Shown: positions 9,185 through 20,038 of the stretch, in pieces
How the letters are laid out: the number at the start of each line of letters is the position of its first letter
Numbering within the stretch: the first letter of the stretch is position 1
Source of the DNA: a virus
DNA: 44,302 nucleotides
Direction: 5' to 3' (one strand)
UHGV virus genome: UHGV-0470999
Program-made: the position numbers and the translations under genes
The notes under the pieces: generated by a model
The model's database searches: none
What the model saw: only the letters and a program-made list of their open reading frames with translations
Told to the model about the DNA's origin: nothing

Positions 9185-10306
9185 ATGGCAAAATTTAACG
9201 AGAAAACATTTAATCCGGAGGCATTTGGGAAATACGTGGACCGGATTCCGAAGACAAAGAAGAATGAACTGATTAAGTCAAGGGCAATTAAGGGGAATGA
9301 ACAGATCCGGCAGGCATTCAGCTCCCAGACAGGTACCTCCTACGCGACCCTGCCCATGAAAGGCCTGCTGGAAGGCAATGCCCTTAACTATGACGGAAAG
9401 ACAGATATCACCGCTGAAAGGACAACCACTTTTGAGCGTAGCGTAGTGGTATGGGGCCGTTCCAAGGCCTGGACCGAGGATGACTTCTCTGCGGATATCA
9501 CTGGTGGAGTAGACTTTATGGACAATGTGGCCCAGCAGGTATCCGGCTGGTGGGATGACGTATACCAGGATGTGTTGCTGGCGGTACTGAAAGGTATCTT
9601 CGCCATGACCGGAGCCAAAAATCTGGAATTTGTTAACGGTCACACCTATGATATTACTGCGGTAACCGGTGAGGACAAGGAGGGAAACCCATTAAGCTGC
9701 GTGGGGCCGACTACGCTGAATACGGCAATCCAGAAGGCATCTGGGGACAACAAGTCCAAATTCACTATTGCCATCATGCACTCCACCACGGCAACGCATC
9801 TGGAGAACATGAAGCTGCTGTCCTATATGAAGTATACGGACGCGGACGGAATCCAGCGTGACTTGTCCATCGGGACATGGAATGGCCGGGCCGTGATTGT
9901 GGATGACTCCATGCCGGTGGAACATGTGGACGCAGTGGAGGCGAGCGGGACCGAAGGACAGGAAGGTTACATACCGGCGGCTCCGGCTTATGATAAGTTC
10001 ACCACCTATGTTCTGGGAGACGGTGCTATTGACTTTGAGAAAATCGGTGCCGAGGTTCCCAATGAGATGCAGCGTGACCCGAAGACCAACGGAGGAGAGA
10101 CTACCCTGTACACCAGGGACCGTGCCTGCTATGCTCCATATGGAATCTCCTACACGAAGAAACGCCAGGCTTCCCTTTCCCCTACCAATGAAGAACTGGC
10201 GAACGGAGAGAACTGGACACTGGTGAATAATGGTGGTACTGGGGCCGGGCTTAAGGCGATTGACCATAAGGCTATCCCGATTGCGCGGATTATCTCCAGG
10301 GGATGA
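9185..10306 (+). CDS. major capsid protein
   Basis: 373 aa, position after scaffold, N-terminus MAKFNEKTFNPEAFGKYVDRIP typical of this capsid family. Confidence 0.75.
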   Translation: MAKFNEKTFNPEAFGKYVDRIPKTKKNELIKSRAIKGNEQIRQAFSSQTGTSYATLPMKGLLEGNALNYDGKTDITAERTTTFERSVVVWGRSKAWTEDDFSADITGGVDFMDNVAQQVSGWWDDVYQDVLLAVLKGIFAMTGAKNLEFVNGHTYDITAVTGEDKEGNPLSCVGPTTLNTAIQKASGDNKSKFTIAIMHSTTATHLENMKLLSYMKYTDADGIQRDLSIGTWNGRAVIVDDSMPVEHVDAVEASGTEGQEGYIPAAPAYDKFTTYVLGDGAIDFEKIGAEVPNEMQRDPKTNGGETTLYTRDRACYAPYGISYTKKRQASLSPTNEELANGENWTLVNNGGTGAGLKAIDHKAIPIARIISRG

Positions 10307-10310
10307 TACT

Positions 10311-10649
10311 ATGGAACTTAACAGACTAAAGGGACTGCTGGGAATACCAGGAGACGACACGTCCCAGGATATTCCCCTGCAGTTTGTGATGGACGACGTG
10401 GAGGAAACAATCCGGAATTACTGTAATTTGGATGCAGTGCCTGGAGGGCTTACCAGTACGTCATACCGTATGGCAATCGACCTGTACCGCTGCGACCGGC
10501 CTGGGGATGGGGAGGCACCAGTAGAGGTGGCATCCATATCAGAGGGGGACACATCCACCAGTTTCACCAATGCGGCAGACGCATTATCAGGCGGTATCCT
10601 GAAGGATTATCAGGGGCAGCTTAACCGATACAGGAAGCTGGGGTGGTAG
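10311..10649 (+). CDS. head-tail connector protein (gp6-like)
   Basis: 112 aa, position and size; MELNRLKGLLGIPGDDTSQDIPLQFVMDDVEETIRNYC typical. Confidence 0.55.
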   Translation: MELNRLKGLLGIPGDDTSQDIPLQFVMDDVEETIRNYCNLDAVPGGLTSTSYRMAIDLYRCDRPGDGEAPVEVASISEGDTSTSFTNAADALSGGILKDYQGQLNRYRKLGW

Positions 10650-10652
10650 GGA

Positions 10653-11039
10653 ATGATAAGGGATGCAATCAGGCAGGCTCAGAGGATGCACAGGAAGGCC
10701 ATAGAGGCCACCTATGATGGCATATGCCGGATTTATGGCATGCAGTCTGTAAAGGACCCTGTGACGAAAGTGACGAGGCAGGAGGAAGTCCCTGCACAGG
10801 ATGGCATAGCCTGCCATCTGTCTTATTCCAGTACGGCGCCGGCGGCCGGCAGTGATACGGTCACGGCTGTGGCGCAGGCCATAAAGCTGTTCCTGGCCCC
10901 GGAGCTGACAATACCGCCCGGATGCCGGATTGAGGTAACACAGCAGGGACGGGCGGAAAGCTATGCCCAGAGCGGTAAGGCTGCCGTATACCCTTCCCAC
11001 CAGGAAATCCTGCTGGAGCTGTGGAAGGGGTATGCGTGA
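10653..11039 (+). CDS. head-tail adaptor / head closure protein
   Basis: 128 aa in neck gene block. Confidence 0.5.
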   Translation: MIRDAIRQAQRMHRKAIEATYDGICRIYGMQSVKDPVTKVTRQEEVPAQDGIACHLSYSSTAPAAGSDTVTAVAQAIKLFLAPELTIPPGCRIEVTQQGRAESYAQSGKAAVYPSHQEILLELWKGYA

Positions 11040-11593
11040 TGGCAAAGGGAGGAAGTTTTGATTTTAAGGATGTCAGGAAGCTGCAGAGACAGATTGAGCG
11101 CCTTGAACAGGAGCGGGAGGCCTTCAACCAGGAGTGTATCCAGGAACTGGCATCCCGGCTTCTGAGGAAGGTCAAGCAAAGGACACCGGTAGGGAAGGCA
11201 CCAAAACTGGACGGGCCAAAGACTGTAAAGGTAAAGGGTTCCGATGGGAAGTCAAGGACCTTCCTGTCAAAGAATGGCGCCATAAAGCAGAAATACTGGG
11301 CCGGATACCAGGGAGGGACATTAAGACGCGGCTGGACGGTGGGTGATATCCAGAAGGTAGGGGATAACTACCAGATTGAGATAATCAACCCGACCGAATA
11401 CGCATCCTACGTGGAATATGGTCATAGACAGACGCCCGGCCGCTATATCCCCGCTTTAGGTGTGAGGGCAAAGAAAGCCTGGGTGCCCGGAAAGTTCATG
11501 CTGACCATATCCGAAAAGGAAATTAATTATATAGCGCCAAAACTGATAGAGAAGAAACTGGAAGCGAAGCTCCGGGAGGTGTTTGATGCTTAA
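11039..11593 (+). CDS. neck/tail-completion protein (HK97 gp10-like)
   Basis: ATG overlapping upstream stop (TGATG); 184 aa in neck block. Confidence 0.45.
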   Translation: MAKGGSFDFKDVRKLQRQIERLEQEREAFNQECIQELASRLLRKVKQRTPVGKAPKLDGPKTVKVKGSDGKSRTFLSKNGAIKQKYWAGYQGGTLRRGWTVGDIQKVGDNYQIEIINPTEYASYVEYGHRQTPGRYIPALGVRAKKAWVPGKFMLTISEKEINYIAPKLIEKKLEAKLREVFDA

Positions 11594-12017
11594 TGATATC
11601 ATGGATGCCGTCACCAGGCGGCTGAATGAGCTGTTTGGCGATGGTTATGAAATTTACACAGATGCGGTAGAGCAGGGCCTTAAGGAGCCTTGTTTTTTTG
11701 TGCAGTTTCTGGAGCCGTCTGAAAAGCCGATGATTGGTCGGCGATATTATCGTGAGACGGCTATGTGTATCCAGCACCTTCCTGGAGATACCGTCCAACC
11801 CTCCCGGGAACTGAACCGTGTGGCGGATATCCTTATGGATGGGATGGAATATGTCACGCTGGCCAACGGTGACCTGCTGCGCGGGACTGGACGCAGCCAC
11901 CGGACGGAGGACGGGGTCCTATCCTTTTTGGTCAGTTATAACATGTTTGTTTTGAAACAGCCGGCGGGCGAGGACCCAATGGAATCAATTGAATTTGAGA
12001 AAGGAATGGTGAAATAA
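11586..12017 (+). CDS. tail terminator / sheath-stabilising protein
   Basis: 143 aa immediately upstream of sheath gene. Confidence 0.45.
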   Translation: MLNDIMDAVTRRLNELFGDGYEIYTDAVEQGLKEPCFFVQFLEPSEKPMIGRRYYRETAMCIQHLPGDTVQPSRELNRVADILMDGMEYVTLANGDLLRGTGRSHRTEDGVLSFLVSYNMFVLKQPAGEDPMESIEFEKGMVK

Positions 12018-12018
12018 T

Positions 12019-13356
12019 ATGGCACTTGGAGGCGGCGGTTTTACGGCGCAGGACAAGGTCCTGCCCGGGGCCTATATCAATTTTGTATCAGTGGCAAGGG
12101 CCGCCATGATACTGTCAGAACGCGGGTATGTGGCCATGCCCCTGGAAATGGACTGGGGCCCGGACGGGGAAGTGTTCACCCTGGAAGCGGGTGACCTTCC
12201 AAAACAGGGCCAGACGTTATTCGGCTATGCGTATACCCATGAGAAGATGAAGGGCATACGGGACCTGTTTAAGAACGCCCGGACCTTATACGGTTACCGG
12301 GTAAATGGCGGCGGCGTTAAGGCGGCATGTGACTACGGCACGGCACGGTATGCCGGAATCCGTGGAAACGCCCTGCGCATGGTAATCGAGTTAGACGAGG
12401 ATGAATACACGGTAAGGACACTGTTGGACGGCCGGGAGGTGGACCGTCAGCAGGCATCCGGCATGGGCGGCCTGTCCGATACGGATTATGTCGTATTCAA
12501 GAGGGATGCAGCCCTGCAGGCCACAGCGGGCATCCCATTTACAGGCGGGACGAACACGGAGCCGGCCCTTGCGGACTATCAGGGATTCCTGGATAAGATA
12601 CAGGGCCATTCCTTCCAGGCGGTCGGGCTTGTTACCGACGATGAGGAAATCAAGAAGCTGTTTGCCGATTTCACGAAAACGATGCGGGATGAAATGGGGA
12701 TTAAGTTCCAGACCGTGCTCTTCCGGTATGCGGCGGACTATGAGGGAGTGGTATCCCTGGATAATACGGTGGCGGGCAGTGCTGCTGCAGGGGAGGGAAA
12801 GGCCGGGGAAGTGGAACTGAGCGCGGATGCCTGCGTATTGGTGTACTGGGTGACAGGGGCCATTGCGGGGTGCGCAGTCAATGCCTCCAACACCAACAGG
12901 ACCTATGACGGGGAATACACAGCGGACACCTCCTACACCCAGAAGGAGCTTGAGGAGGCAATCCAGTCCGGGACATTCATCCTCCACAAAGTCGGTGATG
13001 AGGTGCGCGTCCTGGAGGATATCAACACCCTGGTGACCCTGACAGAGGAGAAGGGGGAAGACTTCAGGGGCAATCAGACCATGCGTGTGCTGGACCAGAT
13101 TGGTAATGACATAGCGGCGCTGTTCGGGAACAAGTACCTGGGTAAAATACCCAACGACGAGGCCGGCCGGGTAAGCTTCTGGAATGACGTGGTCACATAC
13201 TATAGGGAGCTGGAAAAGATCCGGGCGATAGAGGATTTCAAGGCGGATGATATCGTCATCACAAAGGGCGAGGGCAAAAAGTCCATCGTGGCCCGGTGCC
13301 CGGTGACGCCAATCAACGCAATGGCACAGCTCTATATGACCGTGGTGGTCCAGTAA
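12019..13356 (+). CDS. contractile tail sheath protein (XkdK-like)
   Basis: 445 aa; N-terminus ...KVLPGAYINFVS typical of sheath proteins; followed by tube. Confidence 0.8.
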   Translation: MALGGGGFTAQDKVLPGAYINFVSVARAAMILSERGYVAMPLEMDWGPDGEVFTLEAGDLPKQGQTLFGYAYTHEKMKGIRDLFKNARTLYGYRVNGGGVKAACDYGTARYAGIRGNALRMVIELDEDEYTVRTLLDGREVDRQQASGMGGLSDTDYVVFKRDAALQATAGIPFTGGTNTEPALADYQGFLDKIQGHSFQAVGLVTDDEEIKKLFADFTKTMRDEMGIKFQTVLFRYAADYEGVVSLDNTVAGSAAAGEGKAGEVELSADACVLVYWVTGAIAGCAVNASNTNRTYDGEYTADTSYTQKELEEAIQSGTFILHKVGDEVRVLEDINTLVTLTEEKGEDFRGNQTMRVLDQIGNDIAALFGNKYLGKIPNDEAGRVSFWNDVVTYYRELEKIRAIEDFKADDIVITKGEGKKSIVARCPVTPINAMAQLYMTVVVQ

Positions 13357-13373
13357 GGAAGGAGTGAAATCGT

Positions 13374-13850
13374 ATGTTGAATAACCCGATTATGAATGCC
13401 AAGGATGCAGTGAGCGCTTCCCTGGCGGAATGTTTTATTACCATTGACGGTAACAGGTATAATTTCATGCAGGCCATCAACCTGGAGGCCAGCATAGAGA
13501 AGACCAAGTCGGAAATCCCCATCCTGGGAAAAACCGGGAAGGGGAACAAGACAACCGGATGGAAGGGGAGCGGATCGGCGACCTTCCACTATAACACGAG
13601 CATCTTCAGGCAGCTACTGTACCGCTATAAAGAGACGGGGGAGGATGTGTATTTTGACATCCAGATAACCAATGAAGACCCGACCTCCGCAGTGGGACGC
13701 CAGACAATCATCCTGAAGGATTGTAACGTGGATGGTGGCATTTTGGCAAAGTTTGATGCGGATGCGGAGTACCTGGACGAGGACCTTGATTTTACCTTCG
13801 AGGACTGGGAGATGCCGGAGGTGTTCGCAAACCTACCGGGAATGCAGTAA
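13374..13850 (+). CDS. tail tube protein (XkdM-like)
   Basis: 158 aa, position after sheath. Confidence 0.7.
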   Translation: MLNNPIMNAKDAVSASLAECFITIDGNRYNFMQAINLEASIEKTKSEIPILGKTGKGNKTTGWKGSGSATFHYNTSIFRQLLYRYKETGEDVYFDIQITNEDPTSAVGRQTIILKDCNVDGGILAKFDADAEYLDEDLDFTFEDWEMPEVFANLPGMQ

Positions 13851-13871
13851 AGGAAGAGAGGATAAGAAGAT

Positions 13872-14300
13872 ATGGGAGAGTTAAGCTGTTTTTTAGCACA
13901 GAATGCATTAAAGGCAGAGAATGAAATGTATGTGGTTTCAAAACGTTTCCTTGACACCGATAAGAAGCCGATGAAATGGGAGATACAGGCCATCACATCA
14001 ACCGAGGACGAAGCAATCCGGAGGGAGTGCACCAAGAGGGTCCCAGTGGTCGGGAAGAAAGGGCAGTATACACAGGAGACAGACTATAATCTGTATCTCG
14101 GAAAGCTGGCCGCCAGATGTACCCTGTTCCCCAACCTGAATGACAAAGAACTCCAGGACTCTTATCATGTGATGGGCGCGGATGCACTCCTGAAGGTTAT
14201 GCTGACAGCCGGGGAATATGCGAACTATCTTGAGAAGGTACAGGAAGTGAATGGGTTTGACATACCGATGGATGAATTGGTGGACGAAGCAAAAAACTGA
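13872..14300 (+). CDS. tail assembly chaperone (XkdN-like)
   Basis: 142 aa between tube and tape measure. Confidence 0.6.
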   Translation: MGELSCFLAQNALKAENEMYVVSKRFLDTDKKPMKWEIQAITSTEDEAIRRECTKRVPVVGKKGQYTQETDYNLYLGKLAARCTLFPNLNDKELQDSYHVMGADALLKVMLTAGEYANYLEKVQEVNGFDIPMDELVDEAKN

Positions 14301-14314
14301 TTGATGGGGGCGAT

Positions 14315-14482
14315 ATGGAAGCAAACATTGCTTACTATTGCCTCCATAAATTACACCGTTGGCCGCACGAATTCCTGGAGCTTAGCAGATATGAGAAGGC
14401 ATTGGTGATTGCTGCAGTGGAGATGAAACTGGAGAAGGATAAGAAGGAAGCCCAAAGGGCAAAAAGCAGAGGAAAAAGATAG
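14315..14482 (+). CDS. small ORF (55 aa) between chaperone and tape measure, possible second chaperone product
   Basis: MEANIAYYCLHKLHRWPHEFLELSRYEKALVIAAVEMKLEKDKKEAQRAKSRGKR; not in ORF track (<60 aa). Confidence 0.25.
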   Translation: MEANIAYYCLHKLHRWPHEFLELSRYEKALVIAAVEMKLEKDKKEAQRAKSRGKR

Positions 14483-14526
14483 GAACTGGGCGTGGTGAGG
14501 CAGGCACGTCAGGAAGGAGGGAATCC

Positions 14527-16608
14527 ATGGCAACATTACAGTCATCACTTCGGCTCTATGATGGCATGACAGGCCCATTGCGTGCGATATCGAATGCCAT
14601 GAACATAACCATCGGTACTTTTGAGACAATGCAGGCGGCGTCCGGAAAAGCGATGGATGTGTCGGCATTAAAAAGTGCACGAGCAGAACTTGTAAAAGCA
14701 AACGTGTCAGTTGACCAGATGGAACGGAACATACAGATGGCGGGACAGTCACAGGATAAGTTCAATAGGAAGATACAGGACGGGCAGGGTATCGCCGATG
14801 GGCTTGGGGCGAAGATAAAACAGTTTGTAGGTGCCTATGCAGGTATCCAGGGAGTCAGGATGGCGGTCAGCTTCATATCGGATACGGTTTCGTTACAGAA
14901 TGTCCAAAACGAAGCAGAGACGAAGCTGGGGGCTATCATGCAGCAACGCATGGGGGCCGGTCCGGCGGAAATACAGTCGGTGAAGGCACTTACAGCAGCC
15001 CAGCAGGGACTGGGGGTGGTGGGGGATGAGGTACAGCTATCCGGAGCCCAGCAGCTGGCCACGTTCCTCAACTCCACGGACGCCCTCAATACCCTGATAC
15101 CCGCCATGAACAACCTGGCCGTACAGCAGAATGGGGTAAACGTAAGTACCCAGGATGCCATTAATATCGGAAACATGATGGGGAAAGTGATGCAAGGGCA
15201 AGTCGGCGCGCTTACGAGGGTAGGCGTCACGTTCGATGCCGCCCAGGAGAAGATATTAAAGTATGGAAATGAGCAGGAGCGTGCGGCCGCCCTTGCGGAG
15301 GTAATCACGAACAACGTGAGCGACATGAATGCCATCATGGCAGCAACTCCACAGGGCCAGATCCAGCAGATGGCAAATACCTGGGGGGACATAAAAGAGA
15401 CTGTAGGCGCCAGGCTGTATCCGGCGGTGATGCGTGTCTTTACCGCCCTCAATTCAAATATGCCTCAGGCGGAGAATCTCATGATGGGATTTGCCGGAGG
15501 GTTGAACGTGGTAGTCACGGTCCTCAGCTGGCTGGTTTCTGGTGCCGGTGCAGTAGCAGGATTCTTTCAGGATAACTGGCCAATAATCGAGCCAATCATA
15601 TGGGGGATTGTGGGGGCCCTGATAGTGTATAATGCAGTGATGGGCGTAGGATGGTTGACAACTATGAAGAATGTTGGTGCAAAAGTATTAGAGTCGGGGG
15701 CGTCAATTAAAGCGGCAGCGTCAACCTTTATACATACAGCGGCCCAACAAGGTTTGAATGCGGCATTTGCTGCCTGTCCAATCACCTGGATAATTGTGGG
15801 CATCATTGCGCTCATAGCCATCATCTATGCGGTGGTGGCGGCAATTAACAAGTGGAAAGGAACCACCGTAAGCGCGACCGGCATCATCGCCGGGACTTTT
15901 GCCGTACTGGGTGCCTTTGTCATCAACACTTTTGTCATACCTGTCTGGAACATGATGGCGGCACTTGTTAATTTCTTCTATAACGTGTGGAATGACCCGG
16001 CAGCGGCGGTTAAGGTACTGTTTCTGGATCTGGCAAATTCCGTGATTGGGTACATGGCTAATATGGCCCATACAATCGAGGACATCATAAATAGGATTCC
16101 TGGTGTGCACGTGGACATAACATCAGGATTGGACAATTTCAAGAATAGGATAGAGGATACGGCGGCAAAAGTAAAGTCAGAATCAGAATGGAAGGAAATT
16201 GTCAGTGCCAAGGACTTCATCGATTATGGGGATGCTGCAAAGGCAGGCTACAAGTTTGGACAAGGAATAGATGCCAAGGTAAGTGGCTTCTTTGATGGGT
16301 TTGGGGATTTCGACATGGGGGGTGGCGCACAAGGGGCCTGGGAAGGTATTAATGCAAATACTGGCAATACAGCAGGCAACACTGCTAAAATGGCTGACTC
16401 CATGGACGCGATGGACGAGGACTTAAAATACATGCGTGACGCCGCCGAGCAGGAGATTATCAACCGCTTCACCCTGGCGGAGCTTAAAGTGGATGTCAAA
16501 AATAATAATACGCTTACTAAAAAGGCTGACTTTGATGACATGGGCAATTTCCTGTCCGCATTCACGGGTGAGTTCCTGGCGGCCGCCGCGGAAGGAGGGC
16601 ATGTCTGA
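14527..16608 (+). CDS. tail tape measure protein
   Basis: 693 aa, alpha-helical N-terminus, central hydrophobic segments, position. Confidence 0.8.
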   Translation: MATLQSSLRLYDGMTGPLRAISNAMNITIGTFETMQAASGKAMDVSALKSARAELVKANVSVDQMERNIQMAGQSQDKFNRKIQDGQGIADGLGAKIKQFVGAYAGIQGVRMAVSFISDTVSLQNVQNEAETKLGAIMQQRMGAGPAEIQSVKALTAAQQGLGVVGDEVQLSGAQQLATFLNSTDALNTLIPAMNNLAVQQNGVNVSTQDAINIGNMMGKVMQGQVGALTRVGVTFDAAQEKILKYGNEQERAAALAEVITNNVSDMNAIMAATPQGQIQQMANTWGDIKETVGARLYPAVMRVFTALNSNMPQAENLMMGFAGGLNVVVTVLSWLVSGAGAVAGFFQDNWPIIEPIIWGIVGALIVYNAVMGVGWLTTMKNVGAKVLESGASIKAAASTFIHTAAQQGLNAAFAACPITWIIVGIIALIAIIYAVVAAINKWKGTTVSATGIIAGTFAVLGAFVINTFVIPVWNMMAALVNFFYNVWNDPAAAVKVLFLDLANSVIGYMANMAHTIEDIINRIPGVHVDITSGLDNFKNRIEDTAAKVKSESEWKEIVSAKDFIDYGDAAKAGYKFGQGIDAKVSGFFDGFGDFDMGGGAQGAWEGINANTGNTAGNTAKMADSMDAMDEDLKYMRDAAEQEIINRFTLAELKVDVKNNNTLTKKADFDDMGNFLSAFTGEFLAAAAEGGHV

Positions 16609-17279
16609 TGGCATATGAGGTATACATAGACGACATGCTCCTTCCAATCCCTCCCCAGAAGATACAGATAAAAAACTCCAGCCAGAACAAGACAGTCAAC
16701 CTGATTAACGGGGATGAGGTCAACATCATTAAAGGTTACGGCCTGGCGGACATCAGCCTTGCTGCCGTGTTCCCCCAGGTGTGCTATCCCTTCGCCATGT
16801 ATGACGGCGGCTTTGAGGATGCAGGGTACTTCCTGGATAAGCTGGAGGAACTGAAAGAGGGCGGGGGAGCATTCCCCTTCATCGTAGTGCGCAATGGGCC
16901 GGGCGGCAGGGAATTCCACGACACCAACCTGGATGTCACCCTGGAAAGCTTCACGGTATCGGATGATGCCAAGGAAGGCTGTGATGTCACCGTATCAATC
17001 AGCCTGAAGGAGTACCATCATTACGGGGCGAAGCGCCTGAACATAGTCATTGTCCCCGAGACACAGGTGCCACAGGCTTCTACACAGGAGGACAGACAGA
17101 CGGATACGGCGCCCCAGAGCGGGGGGACGTATACAGTGGAATCCGGGGATAACCTGTGGAAGATTGCGAAAAAGCGTCTGGGGGACGGCGGGCGGTGGAA
17201 GGAAATCCATGAGCTTAACCGGGATAAGGTCAGCAACCCGAATCGTATCTACCCTGGCCAGGTGCTTACGCTGCCATAG
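16608..17279 (+). CDS. XkdP-like tail protein with C-terminal LysM domain
   Basis: C-terminal YTVESGDNLWKIAKKRLGDGGRWKEIHELNRDKVSNPNRIYPGQVLTLP is a LysM motif. Confidence 0.75.
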   Translation: MAYEVYIDDMLLPIPPQKIQIKNSSQNKTVNLINGDEVNIIKGYGLADISLAAVFPQVCYPFAMYDGGFEDAGYFLDKLEELKEGGGAFPFIVVRNGPGGREFHDTNLDVTLESFTVSDDAKEGCDVTVSISLKEYHHYGAKRLNIVIVPETQVPQASTQEDRQTDTAPQSGGTYTVESGDNLWKIAKKRLGDGGRWKEIHELNRDKVSNPNRIYPGQVLTLP

Positions 17280-17291
17280 GAGGTGTGTGAC

Positions 17292-18257
17292 ATGGACATA
17301 AGGTTATTATTACAGAACGCGTCCCAGGAGGTATACGAGCCGATGCTGCTGGGACGCGTCACCTGGGAGACGCAGCGCAGGGGACAGCCAGGGAAGCTTA
17401 CCTTCACCATGCTGGCTGACAGCCGCATGAAGGTGGAGGAGGGCAACGCGGTGCGACTGGATGTGGGAATCACCCCGGCCTTCTTCGGCTTCATCTTTGA
17501 GCGTTCCTGGGGTTCGGACGGACAGGTGAAGGTGACTGCCTATGACCAGCTGCGTTACCTCAAAAACAAGAGCAGCTACCAGTACGAGAATAAGACAGCG
17601 GGGGATGTGGTCCGCATGGTGGCTGAGGATTTCCAGCTGAGTGTCGGGGAACTGGAGGATACGGGATACCCCATTGACCTGCGCCGTGAAAAGGACAAGA
17701 CCCTGTGGGATGTAATCCTTAACGCCATCGACATTACCATGACCTACACCAAGGAGCTGTATATACTCTATGATGACGCAGGGAAACTGACGCTCCGGAA
17801 TATAGGGAACATGAAGGTGGACCTGATGATGGATAAGGACACAGCCCAGGATTATGATTACAAGTCCAGTATTGACGGGGATACCTACAATCAGATCAGG
17901 CTGTACTATGACAACAAAGAGACAGGAAAACGCGATGTCTACATGACAAGGGACAAGGAAACCATCAATAAGTGGGGAATCCTCCAGTATGATGAAACCC
18001 TCCAGGATGCGTCCAACGGCCAGGCGGCGGCCGAGGCGTACCTGTCCCTGTACAACCAGCCGTCAAGGAGCCTGTCCATCAAAGGGGCATTCGGGGAAAT
18101 CAAGGTGCGGGCGGGATGCCTGGTGCCCGTATTTCTGGACATCAGGGACATGCAGCTGAAAAACTACATGCTGGTGGAGCAGGCTAAACACGAATGGAAT
18201 GAAGGGATCCACACCATGGACCTGGTGCTGAGAGGAGCTGGGATAAACAATGCCTGA
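17292..18257 (+). CDS. XkdQ/YqbQ-like baseplate hub protein
   Basis: AGGAGG RBS 8 nt before ATG; PBSX gene order. Confidence 0.6.
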   Translation: MDIRLLLQNASQEVYEPMLLGRVTWETQRRGQPGKLTFTMLADSRMKVEEGNAVRLDVGITPAFFGFIFERSWGSDGQVKVTAYDQLRYLKNKSSYQYENKTAGDVVRMVAEDFQLSVGELEDTGYPIDLRREKDKTLWDVILNAIDITMTYTKELYILYDDAGKLTLRNIGNMKVDLMMDKDTAQDYDYKSSIDGDTYNQIRLYYDNKETGKRDVYMTRDKETINKWGILQYDETLQDASNGQAAAEAYLSLYNQPSRSLSIKGAFGEIKVRAGCLVPVFLDIRDMQLKNYMLVEQAKHEWNEGIHTMDLVLRGAGINNA

Positions 18258-18573
18258 TACGAGATGGATTGAAAATTTAAGCAGGATCGCAAGGCAGTCA
18301 GCGGAACAGGAGGGGCCCTGTGATGTAATCATGGGAACCGTGGCTTCCGCTTCCCCGCTCCAGGTCGCGCTGGACGGGGAACAGCAGCTTCCGCCCTTGT
18401 CCGCTGGAAACCTGCTGGTCCCGGAACATCTGACCGACCATACGGTGCAGATGGACCTGCCAGAACTGGGGACGGCATCCGTTCTGGTCCACAGCGGCCT
18501 AAAAGCTGGGGAACGGGTGCTGCTGGTGCAGAGACGGGGCGGACAGCAGTATGCCATATTGGGCCGACAATGA
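18250..18573 (+). CDS. XkdR-like (DUF2577) baseplate protein
   Basis: 107 aa, gene order. Confidence 0.5.
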   Translation: MPDTRWIENLSRIARQSAEQEGPCDVIMGTVASASPLQVALDGEQQLPPLSAGNLLVPEHLTDHTVQMDLPELGTASVLVHSGLKAGERVLLVQRRGGQQYAILGRQ

Positions 18574-18588
18574 GAGGAGGAATAGCCA

Positions 18589-18990
18589 GTGCTGCCAGAA
18601 ACAGGAGGGCTGCTACGCCGGGGAATCGAGGTCGTAGAGCAGCCGTCAAAGACATACCGCATCCAGGACGGGCGGATACAAGGCACGGTAGACGGGCTGG
18701 AAGCGGTAAGACAGTCCGTGTACTGTATCCTTAATACGGAGCGGTATGACTGTCTGTTATACAGCTGGGACTATGGGGTGGAGTTAAAAGACCTCTACGG
18801 GAAGCCTGTAGGATATGTAAAATCAGAGTTAAAGAAACGGGTCAAGGAAGCGCTGGCACAGGATGACAGGATCCTGAGTGTTGACGCTTTTGAATTTGAG
18901 CAGAAACATAATGCCCTGCTGGTAACATTCACTGTCCATACGAAGCAGGGGGATTTCCAGGCAGGGAAGGAGGTGCAGGCAGGTGTATGA
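18589..18990 (+). CDS. XkdS-like (DUF2634) baseplate wedge protein
   Basis: 133 aa, GTG start with AGGAGG RBS, gene order. Confidence 0.5.
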   Translation: MLPETGGLLRRGIEVVEQPSKTYRIQDGRIQGTVDGLEAVRQSVYCILNTERYDCLLYSWDYGVELKDLYGKPVGYVKSELKKRVKEALAQDDRILSVDAFEFEQKHNALLVTFTVHTKQGDFQAGKEVQAGV

Positions 18991-20038
18991 GGATGTGACC
19001 TATGAGGCCGTATTGAAGCGGATGCTGGACCGTGTGCCGGCCGATATGGATAAACGGGAAGGGGCCATCATCTATGACGCCTTGGCCCCGGCGGCGGCAG
19101 AGATGACAGGGATGTATATGGAGCTGGATGCGGTGCTGGATGAGATGTTTGTGGACACGGCCAGCCGGGAGTACCTAATCAGGAGGGCGGCGGAACGGGG
19201 GATTACCCCAAAGGCAGCCACTTATGCGGTACTGAAAGGGGAATTCAACCAAGACATCCCACTTGGCAGCCGGTTTTCCCTGGAGAAGTTGAATTATAAG
19301 GCCGTAAAACGGACTGCGCGGGGTGAATATGAGATGCAGTGTGAAACATTGGGGACAGCAGGCAACAGCCTGTTTGGGAAACTAATACCGATTGAGTACA
19401 TCCAGGGGCTTACCAAAGCGGAACTGACGGGACTGCTGGTCCCTGGGGAGGATGAGGAGGACACGGAGGTACTGCGCGGCAGGTACTTCGGAAGCCTTAA
19501 GTCCCAAGCATTTGGCGGGAACATTGCAGATTACCGTGAAAAGGTGACGGCGATTACCGGCATCGGCGGGGTGAAGGTGTATCCTGCCTGGGACGGCGGA
19601 GGGACAGTAAAGCTTGTAATCATCAACTCGGAGTATGCGGTCCCTTCGGCTGAGCTGGTCCAGTCCGTCAAGGATGCAATCGACCCAAAGCCAAACGAGG
19701 GGAAGGGATACGGCCTGGCCCCCATCGGCCACATGGTGACGGTGGAGGCGGCGGAAACGACAGCCATATCCATCACAACCACAATCATGTACCAGACGGG
19801 TTACAGCTTTGAGCGGTGCAGGGAGGATATCCTTAAGGCAGTCGATGATTACCTCCATGAACTGAATAAGACATGGCAGGACAGTGACCAGTCCATAGTA
19901 AGGGTGTCCCGTATCGAGGGCCGCCTGCTGGACCTTGAGGGCATCATGGACGCCTATGACACGACCATCAATGGAAGGTCCGGTAACTATGCGGTACCAT
20001 CCAATGCCATAGCAGTAAGGGGTGATGTAAGTGGCTGA
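18983..20038 (+). CDS. baseplate J-like protein (XkdT-like)
   Basis: 351 aa, gene order and sequence flow of Baseplate_J family. Confidence 0.65.
   Translation: MYEDVTYEAVLKRMLDRVPADMDKREGAIIYDALAPAAAEMTGMYMELDAVLDEMFVDTASREYLIRRAAERGITPKAATYAVLKGEFNQDIPLGSRFSLEKLNYKAVKRTARGEYEMQCETLGTAGNSLFGKLIPIEYIQGLTKAELTGLLVPGEDEEDTEVLRGRYFGSLKSQAFGGNIADYREKVTAITGIGGVKVYPAWDGGGTVKLVIINSEYAVPSAELVQSVKDAIDPKPNEGKGYGLAPIGHMVTVEAAETTAISITTTIMYQTGYSFERCREDILKAVDDYLHELNKTWQDSDQSIVRVSRIEGRLLDLEGIMDAYDTTINGRSGNYAVPSNAIAVRGDVSG

Noticed and set aside
13872-14482. Programmed -1 frameshift in the tail assembly chaperone pair (G/GT-like)
   Set aside because: The XkdN-like gene ends at 14300 and the next small ORF starts at 14315 without overlap or an obvious slippery heptamer. 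There is no sequence support for a frameshift product.
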